From Candidatus Aenigmatarchaeota archaeon (GTDB lineage: Archaea > Aenigmatarchaeota > Aenigmatarchaeia > GW2011-AR5), in assembly GCA_016180945.1 (NCBI GenBank), contig JACPAG010000001.1, positions 133,856 to 197,855 of the forward strand: 64,000 nucleotides of DNA, read 5' to 3'. The translations under genes and the position numbers were made by a program. This document shows positions 58,042 to 64,000 of this stretch, in pieces (the first letter of the stretch is position 1; every line of letters begins with the position of its first letter). Below the pieces are notes generated by a model. The model did not search any database and was not told the origin of the DNA. It saw only the letters and a program-made list of their open reading frames with translations.

Positions 58042-58326
58042 TCAAACGTCCTGAAGCCTTACCTTTTTCACAACGATATAATTTTCTACGTAGTTTAATG
58101 TCGCCTTTGGCGCAATTCTGGCTATTTTTTTCTTTGCCGTTCTTTGGTCCAGATGCTGGTTCTCTATCTTAACTATATCCTTTTTGCCCAGCGTTTCGCT
58201 GTCAATATTCATCAGTATGGATACGACGCCTTTTGGTTTCAGTGCTTCTACCACTTTCGTTGCTTTGCCGGCTGTTATGTGGTCTATCACTGTGCCGGCT
58301 TCTATATCAGTAATTCGTTTTTCCAT
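58042..58326 (-). CDS. pyrI: Aspartate carbamoyltransferase regulatory chain, allosteric domain only
   Basis: GTVIDHI, KKDIVKIE and APKATLN; no Zn-binding C-terminal domain. Confidence 0.8.
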   Translation of the reverse strand: MEKRITDIEAGTVIDHITAGKATKVVEALKPKGVVSILMNIDSETLGKKDIVKIENQHLDQRTAKKKIARIAPKATLNYVENYIVVKKVRLQDV

Positions 58327-58439
58327 GATAAAAATACGCCAGAAAAGGATTAGAAGATTAGATAAAAGATTTTATCATGGAATAGGTTTCGGTGATAAGT
58401 TTAAAACTAATAAATTAGTAAAAGCAATTGCGGGAGCCA

Positions 58440-58617
58440 GCGGGGATAGTAATTGTTAATGGAATGTTAATAATTACACCCATCGCCTAGCCTGGTCAAT
58501 GGCGCAAGGTTGAGGAAGCCCTTTTCCGCTTCGGCGCAAAAGCGCTTGCGGAAAATATTAGGGCTGTAAAGGCCTTGTTCCTTAGTGGATTCGGGAGTTC
58601 AAATCTCCCTCCCCGCA
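58440..58617 (+). tRNA. tRNA-Leu(GAG) with two introns: 8/9 (58448-58483) and 37/38 (58516-58571)
   Basis: GCGGGGA/TCCCCGC acceptor, CAAGG/CCTTG anticodon stem, long variable arm; both inserts fold as relaxed BHB motifs. Confidence 0.85.
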
Positions 58618-58685
58618 TGAGAAGAATTGTATATTGTCAAAGCCCGTTCGAAAGCTTCTTAAATGTATATACATAGTATATACGT

Positions 58686-59471
58686 ATGACAAGCGTGGTT
58701 AAGGCGGTCAAGAGGTACGGAAACTCGGGAGGCGTTTACGTGCCCAGCAAATGGATAGGCGGGAAAGTAAAAGTGGAGTTGATAGAGGAGCCCCTGGACC
58801 CTAGGCATGTTCTGGCCAGAATACCGCTGGAGCACGTGATCAGCGCGATTTTATACGGCTCTTACGCGAGAAAAGAGTCGCTGGAAGGCTCGGACATGGA
58901 CATATTGCTGGTTGTCGACGACGACTCCAAGATAAGCATAGCGCCGGAGCTGAAACAAAAATACGATATACAGATAAAGAGCCTGAGAAATCTCAGAAAT
59001 GCCTTGGTACACGACCCGGTTTTTTACAAAATAATCAAGGATGAAGCTGTAGCTATTTTAAATCATCAGTTTCTCGACAGCTTAAAAAAAGAGGCGCCAA
59101 AAACAATTGATATAAAGAAAAGAATTGAACTGGCCGAATCCTCCCTGAACATAACAAAAGAAATACTAAAAATTGGCGGGGATATTGCAAATCTGGTTTA
59201 CCCGCTTATAATGCGCCTGAAAGAGATTCTTCTGATAGAATATTTCCTTGAAGATAAGAAATATTCGACTAAGGCACTGAAGCACGAGATTCTGGATTGT
59301 GGAATAACCTCGAAAGAATTTTCTCTGCTGATGGATATATACAGAACATCAAGGAATGGCAAAAGGATTCCAAAAACCCTATTGTCAACAGATACAATAA
59401 CAAAAATAACATTGCTCCTGGAGAATAAGATACAGTATGTCAAGCAAAAAGCGCGCGAAAAAAGGGATTGA
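58686..59471 (+). CDS. AbrB/DUF2080-like domain plus minimal nucleotidyltransferase (TA-associated)
   Basis: YGNSGGVYVP and LYGSYAR...SDMDILLV. Confidence 0.8.
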   Translation: MTSVVKAVKRYGNSGGVYVPSKWIGGKVKVELIEEPLDPRHVLARIPLEHVISAILYGSYARKESLEGSDMDILLVVDDDSKISIAPELKQKYDIQIKSLRNLRNALVHDPVFYKIIKDEAVAILNHQFLDSLKKEAPKTIDIKKRIELAESSLNITKEILKIGGDIANLVYPLIMRLKEILLIEYFLEDKKYSTKALKHEILDCGITSKEFSLLMDIYRTSRNGKRIPKTLLSTDTITKITLLLENKIQYVKQKAREKRD

Positions 59472-59643
59472 GTCCTTGGAGAAGCAGATAGAACTGCATA
59501 AAAGCAAGCTAAAGGCGGCAGAAGAAAGCGGAAACATCGGCTTGGCTAATTACTATGAAAAGGAAATAGAACATTTCGAGCAAGCAAAGGAAAAGCTGGA
59601 GCGCAGAGCAATGCCGAGGGCGAAAAGGAAAAAGATGCCCTGA
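59437..59643 (+). CDS. Small basic coiled-coil protein, probable partner of the MNT gene
   Basis: Overlaps the MNT stop; KGIESLEKQIELHKSK. Confidence 0.6.
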   Translation: MSSKKRAKKGIESLEKQIELHKSKLKAAEESGNIGLANYYEKEIEHFEQAKEKLERRAMPRAKRKKMP

Positions 59644-59794
59644 ATGTGCTATCCGAATATTTATATATAGGGGCAATCGCAATAGTTGAATTATAGTGAA
59701 ACCAGAAAAGAATCGGTATATTAATTTCTGGTTTTACATATAGTCAGCAAGGATGTAATATGCCGTTTATTTCCTTGCATGACTATAGATAAGT

Positions 59795-60013
59795 ATGGCA
59801 TTCCATCTTTCTGTGAACGTGCACAGTTTTCCGAAGTGCAGCAGGTGCGGCAACGACATGGCGCTGGTACTGGTTTCGGAAACGGAAACAAGAATCGGCG
59901 AAGGAAAATCAGGCGTCTTCAGCAGCTCGCCCAAGTCCACGCAGTCGGAAGAGGATACGGACAAGGCATTCTTCGGCTGGAAATGCAGCTGCGGCAATAG
60001 TATTACCGCATAA
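59795..60013 (+). CDS. Small Zn-ribbon protein
   Basis: CSRC...WKCSCG. Confidence 0.6.
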   Translation: MAFHLSVNVHSFPKCSRCGNDMALVLVSETETRIGEGKSGVFSSSPKSTQSEEDTDKAFFGWKCSCGNSITA

Positions 60014-60032
60014 GACATTTTTATTATGATTA

Positions 60033-60152
60033 ATAATAGGAATACGACTGGAAGGAGCAAAAATTATAAAATGGCTATCGACTCAAGCAAAGACCAGAGG
60101 TCTTTGATGCATCAAAAGACTTTGTCTTTTGATTGTGCGGAGGCAAGGGGAT
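60033..60152 (+). repeat. Tandem A heads with nested B (60084-60135)
   Basis: Removing B restores ATC-GA-CTTGC-GGAG-GCAAG-GG-GAT. Confidence 0.8.
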
Positions 60153-60543
60153 GATAGATAAAGTCGGAGCCCTCATACTTGTTGACAGAAAGATTCTGCT
60201 CGCCCGGCCGAAAAACAAAAATGCGTTTCTCATACCCGGCGGCAAAAGAGAAGGCGATGAAAGCGACGAGCAGACGCTGCGCCGTGAAATCATGGAAGAA
60301 TTGGGAACGGAAATAATAACAATGAAACACTACGGCACATTCCAGGACGAGGCCGTCTTTGGAGGCATGGTAAAGATTGCCGCTTATCTCTGCGGCGTGA
60401 AAGGCAGGATGAAGCCGCAGTCCGAGATAGAAGAAATCCGCTTTTTCGGAAAAGACGAGCTTCAGAAATCAAGCGGGGAATATATAGGAAGCGTGATGAA
60501 GAATCATATTTTGCCGAAGCTCATAGCGGACGGGCTATTGTGA
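60151..60543 (+). CDS. NUDIX hydrolase
   Basis: PGGKREGDESDEQTLRREIMEELG. Confidence 0.9.
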   Translation: MIDKVGALILVDRKILLARPKNKNAFLIPGGKREGDESDEQTLRREIMEELGTEIITMKHYGTFQDEAVFGGMVKIAAYLCGVKGRMKPQSEIEEIRFFGKDELQKSSGEYIGSVMKNHILPKLIADGLL

Positions 60544-60645
60544 TAAGAAGCAAAACCAGAAAAAGCGATTAGAAAATAGGAATTTAATCATACAACCATA
60601 GATGAACTTAAACTTCCATTTCCAACTTACCCAGGTGAAAAAAAA

Positions 60646-60918
60646 ATGCGCCGCTGCACGATTGTTGTTTCCGGCCTAGTCCATGGAGTCGGCTTCCGTT
60701 CGTTTGCTTCTAAGATAGCCAGAGAACTCGGGCTTAAAGGCTTCGTGCAAAACCTTCCGAACGGAAAGGTCAGCGTAGTTGCAGAAGGTTACGAAGCCTA
60801 CATCAACAAACTAATCGACGCCCTGAAGAAAGGTCCCCCGCTCTCTGCCGTAGAGAATGTAGAAACAAAATGGAGCGACCCGAAAAACGAGTTCGGCGAT
60901 TTCGAGATTAAAATCTGA
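60646..60918 (+). CDS. acyP: Acylphosphatase
   Basis: GLVHGVGFR and GFVQN motifs. Confidence 0.9.
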   Translation: MRRCTIVVSGLVHGVGFRSFASKIARELGLKGFVQNLPNGKVSVVAEGYEAYINKLIDALKKGPPLSAVENVETKWSDPKNEFGDFEIKI

Positions 60919-61075
60919 ACGCAAAATAAGCCGCCGACAGAATCAGGAATGCAACGGACAGGATTATTGCTATCATAGAGACAGCGCCGCCGGTAATCCA
61001 CAGCCTCAATATCTCTAAAGACAGCGCTATGCCCAGAAAAAACCTGATGTAGCTTCCCAGAGCCATGGTAATCAT
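60908..61075 (-). CDS. Small two-helix membrane protein (55 aa)
   Basis: Manual translation MITMALGSYIRFFLGIAL...AYFAFRF. Confidence 0.5.
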   Translation of the reverse strand: MITMALGSYIRFFLGIALSLEILRLWITGGAVSMIAIILSVAFLILSAAYFAFRF

Positions 61076-61841
61076 CCACGGATAAACCTTTTATACTTTA
61101 AGTTGAGTATTATAGCTGTTTTTTGGGATGTGGATTTGACAATCCATATCGAACGGGCGCAAGGTTTGGCAGTTAATTCTTTGCGTAAACTTTACCGATG
61201 AGACTCAATACTCATACGTTCCGTGGAGATAGAATCTTGCGGAATTTGAGTCTGCAGCACAAGGCGTTGTTTTAGACATTGGGCAAAGCCCATCTATGAA
61301 AAAACATTTCAGGCTGCAGAAAATCGTGAAGGCGTGATTGGAATAGTTATGCCAGATGGAAGCACGAATAGGCAGAACACTATCAGAGATGATAGGGAAA
61401 AGTGTAGTAGTTCTCCCAACAATTCCGGTTGATCCCGCCGGAGACTACCATTATCAGGATTCGGCTAAGCCATGCGAAGCAGAGCCGCAAGGCTCGCTGT
61501 ACTGCTCAGTAACGCGTAGTTAACCTGCCCTTAGCAAGGGGATAACCGCGCGAAAGTGCGGATAATACCCTATAGGCAATAATGGCTGGAAGGCCTCTTT
61601 GCTGAAAGCCGCAAGGCAGCTAAGGATGGGACTGCGTCGGATTAGGCTGATGTTAGGATAAAAGCCTAACATACCTGTAATCCGTACGGGTCGTGAGAGC
61701 GATGGCCCGGAGATGGTTTCTGAGACATGAAACCAGGTCCTACGGGACGCAGCAGGTACGAAAACTTCGCAATGCATGAAAGTGCGACGAGGGGATCCTG
61801 AGTGGGTTCGACTTTGTCGAACTCTTTTGTCTACTGTAAAA

Positions 61842-61891
61842 AATTCTTTCCTTTCACAATTATTTTTATAATGAGAGAAAAGAATTTACCT
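61842..61891 (+). other. 16S BHB intron 1 (50 nt)
   Basis: Helix GTAA/TTAC, bulges AAA and CTA. Confidence 0.85.
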
Positions 61892-61930
61892 AGGTAGGCG
61901 AATAAGGGGTGGGTAAGACGGTTGCCAGCC

Positions 61931-61960
61931 TATTGGCTAGGTTTTCTAGCCAGTCTGGAA
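61931..61960 (+). other. 16S BHB intron 2 (30 nt)
   Basis: Helix CCAG/CTGG; splicing restores CCAGCCGCCGCGG. Confidence 0.9.
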
Positions 61961-61969
61961 GCCGCGGTA

Positions 61970-62028
61970 ATTCGGAGAATCGTAATATATTTTGGTGATT
62001 CTAGAATTTTCGGTTCTTCGAACCGCAA
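61970..62028 (+). other. 16S BHB intron 3 (59 nt)
   Basis: Helix GCGG/CCGC, bulges TAA and AAA. Confidence 0.88.
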
Positions 62029-62104
62029 ATAACCGCGCCCCAAGTGGTAGCCACGATTATTGGGCCTAAAGCGTCCGTAGCTGGTCTGATGTGTCTTTGG
62101 TGAA

Positions 62105-62145
62105 ATCACCGCAGGAATTTTTCGAAATTCCTGCGAAGACACTAA
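62105..62145 (+). other. 16S BHB intron 4 (41 nt)
   Basis: Helix GGTG/CACT, two AAA bulges; restores GGTGAAATC. Confidence 0.88.
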
Positions 62146-62259
62146 ATCTGGCAGCAAACTGTCAGGCTTGCTGGAGATACTATCAGACTCGAGACCGGGA
62201 GAGGTCGATTGTACGGGATGGGTAGGGGTAAAATCCTTTAATCCATTCAGGACAACCTG

Positions 62260-62958
62260 ATAGCGTTGAGCCACAGATTTAAACACCCAGAAACAAGAAC
62301 AATACATGGCGAATAATGCGCTTATCGCGAGGCTTGTCGGTCACGCATTTGGAGATGGACATATACATAAAACCAAAAGGTATTTTATCTATGTTAACTC
62401 CAATCAGCAGATGCATGAACACGTAAACAATATGGTAAGACAAGCCTTTGGTGATGTGTCTGTAAGCAAGGGAACTTCGATTTCAGGAACGCCGCGATAT
62501 CAATATTCAAATATCGTTGGCATAGGACTGTCGAAGCATGGCGCACCAATCGGTTCCAAAGTTTTGCATGAAATAAAGGTTCCCGAATGGATAGCTTCTG
62601 GAGACGCAGACATAAAGTCTGCATTTCTAGGTGCATTATTTGACGACGAAGGATATTTCAGAGATACTCCGACTTCCAGACAGATTGTTTTCAAAGCAGC
62701 GAAGTCGTTGTCTCTAAAGAAAAATCTCGAAGAATATCTTCGACAAATAATTTCTATGCTGGATTCATTTGATATAAAGACATCCAGCATTAGAAGCGAT
62801 CAGATAAAGAAAACCAAGAACGGAACCGAGATGATATCACTTCGTTTCTGGATAACTAAAAACGAAAACTTTCAGGTGTTCAGGAAGCACCTTCAGCTCC
62901 TGCATCCGGAAAGGATAGAAAAGCTGAATAATATTCTTTGTGGCTCGCGCTAGGTTAA
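62260..62958 (+). mobile_element. 16S BHB intron 5 (699 nt) with homing endonuclease
   Basis: Helix AACC/GGTT; restores ACCTGTGGCGAAGG. Confidence 0.9.
62306..62953 (+). CDS. LAGLIDADG homing endonuclease
   Basis: LVGHAFGDG and FLGALFDDEG motifs. Confidence 0.88.
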   Translation: MANNALIARLVGHAFGDGHIHKTKRYFIYVNSNQQMHEHVNNMVRQAFGDVSVSKGTSISGTPRYQYSNIVGIGLSKHGAPIGSKVLHEIKVPEWIASGDADIKSAFLGALFDDEGYFRDTPTSRQIVFKAAKSLSLKKNLEEYLRQIISMLDSFDIKTSSIRSDQIKKTKNGTEMISLRFWITKNENFQVFRKHLQLLHPERIEKLNNILCGSR

Positions 62959-63159
62959 TGGCGAAGGCGATCGACTGGAACGGGTCTGACAGTGAGGGAC
63001 GAAAGCTAGGGGAGCGATTGGGATTAGATACCCCAGTAGTCCTAGCTGTTAACGATGCCCGCTTGGTGTTACAGATCTTTCGTAGATCTGTAGTGCCGTA
63101 ACGAAGGTGTTAAGCGGGCCGCCTGGGGAGTACGGCCGCAAGGTTGAAACTTAAGGGAA

Positions 63160-63826
63160 AGAAAGTAAACCCGATAGTACACTTAAATGTTTTGCCAACT
63201 ACTAGAGAACAATGAACACAAAAATTAACCCAGAAATTGCATATCTTTTGGGTGCACTAAGAGACGCCACCGCAGATGTTAGAAAAGGAAAAAACTACGA
63301 AATAAAAATAGCCCAGAAAGAAACCGAGTGGCTAAGACTTCTGCAGAAGCTCTTCAAAAAGAATTTTGGATTTCGTGGAAATATAACAAAACACGTTAAC
63401 GGAACAGAAATTCTGAGGTTAAGCGGAAAAGCAATAGTACAAAATATTCTGGAGATTTCAGAGATGAAGATTCCGCAGGAACTCTGGAACACGCCAACAA
63501 TTATCAGAAAACAGCCACCAGAAATCCAAAAAGATTATCTAAGGGGCTTTTTTGATGCAGAGGGCGGTCTTCCAAAAGACCCAAAGAACGCAAAGCAGAA
63601 GTATTTGTCGTTCAGCCAGAAAAACAGGGAGCCTCTTGAATTTCTTCGCGGGGTTCTAATAAAACAGAACTTCAATCCAACAAATATTACTTTCTGCGGA
63701 AACGTCTGGGAATTCAGGCTAACAAGGAAAAAAGATCTGGTTAATTTCAATAAAACTATAGGAAGTTGGCATAAGGATAGGAAAAGAAGACTGAAAATTC
63801 TTTGTAATGGGATTACTTTCCCCTAA
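63160..63826 (+). mobile_element. 16S BHB intron 6 (667 nt) with homing endonuclease
   Basis: Helix AGGG/CCCT; restores TTAAGGGAATTGGCGG. Confidence 0.9.
63212..63826 (+). CDS. LAGLIDADG homing endonuclease
   Basis: YLLGALRDA and YLRGFFDAEG motifs; the stop codon is the last 3 nt of the intron. Confidence 0.88.
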   Translation: MNTKINPEIAYLLGALRDATADVRKGKNYEIKIAQKETEWLRLLQKLFKKNFGFRGNITKHVNGTEILRLSGKAIVQNILEISEMKIPQELWNTPTIIRKQPPEIQKDYLRGFFDAEGGLPKDPKNAKQKYLSFSQKNREPLEFLRGVLIKQNFNPTNITFCGNVWEFRLTRKKDLVNFNKTIGSWHKDRKRRLKILCNGITFP

Positions 63827-63855
63827 TTGGCGGGGGAGCACTACCAGGGGTGGAG

Positions 63856-63966
63856 ATGTTAGAAGAAGAGCTAAAAAGATTCTATTAGCATTCTCAGATT
63901 AAAGAAGGTAGAGAAACAGATGCTGCATTCTCATCTTAGAAAAATAGTCTTCTTCTAGCACCACTA
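63856..63966 (+). other. 16S BHB intron 7 (111 nt)
   Basis: Helix GTGG/CCAC and a 13-bp inner stem. Confidence 0.88.
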
Positions 63967-64000
63967 GCTGCGGTTCAATTGGATTCAACGCCAGGAAAGA

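Larger units (their letters stand above)
61422..64000 (+). rRNA. rrs: 16S rRNA gene (5' part, truncated by the window) with at least 7 introns
   Basis: ATTCCGGTTGATCC start; CCTACGGG, GATTAGATACCC and GGGGAGTACGGCCGCAAGG conserved segments. Confidence 0.97.

Noticed and set aside
58608-59783. att duplication of the tRNA-Leu 3' end around the MNT pair
   Set aside because: Only a weak GCATGA match near 59777; not significant
61120-61421. Separate ncRNA upstream of the 16S
   Set aside because: Hairpin-rich, but adequately explained as the rRNA leader; no RNase P or SRP consensus recognised
63990-64000. Possible eighth 16S intron after GCCAGGAA
   Set aside because: The window ends before a 3' partner can be seen

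Overview
64-kb chromosomal window from an archaeon, most likely a DPANN lineage (Aenigmarchaeota-like; inferred from the divergent 16S and the gene content). Ordinary content: a GDP-heptose cluster (gmhB-NTase fusion, hddA, hddC, gmhA), rtcA, tyrS, serS, topA, radB, cdc48 with an intein, map, a pyrimidine pathway (pyrB, pyrF-E-D-K-C, pyrI), polX, lhr, metK, a degenerate por operon, five tRNAs and the 5' part of a 16S rRNA gene. Four things stand out. (1) Bulge-helix-bulge (BHB) introns are everywhere: 7 in the partial 16S (two encode LAGLIDADG endonucleases), 5 in four tRNAs (two at non-canonical sites), and a 31-nt BHB intron inside the protein-coding gene metK, where predicted splicing restores the GHPDK motif and the reading frame. 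(2) A dense family of small modular hairpin elements (called A, B and C here) nests inside one another, sits at the starts of unrelated genes and also occurs inside tRNA introns. (3) Two unrelated genes share homologous attC-like flanks, with no integrase in the window. (4) There is a low-GC DDE-transposase island between poly-C hairpin direct repeats, a Fic islet at tRNA-Glu, and several basic micro-ORFs with strong SD motifs. All calls come from reading the sequence by eye; no database searches or folding programs were run.
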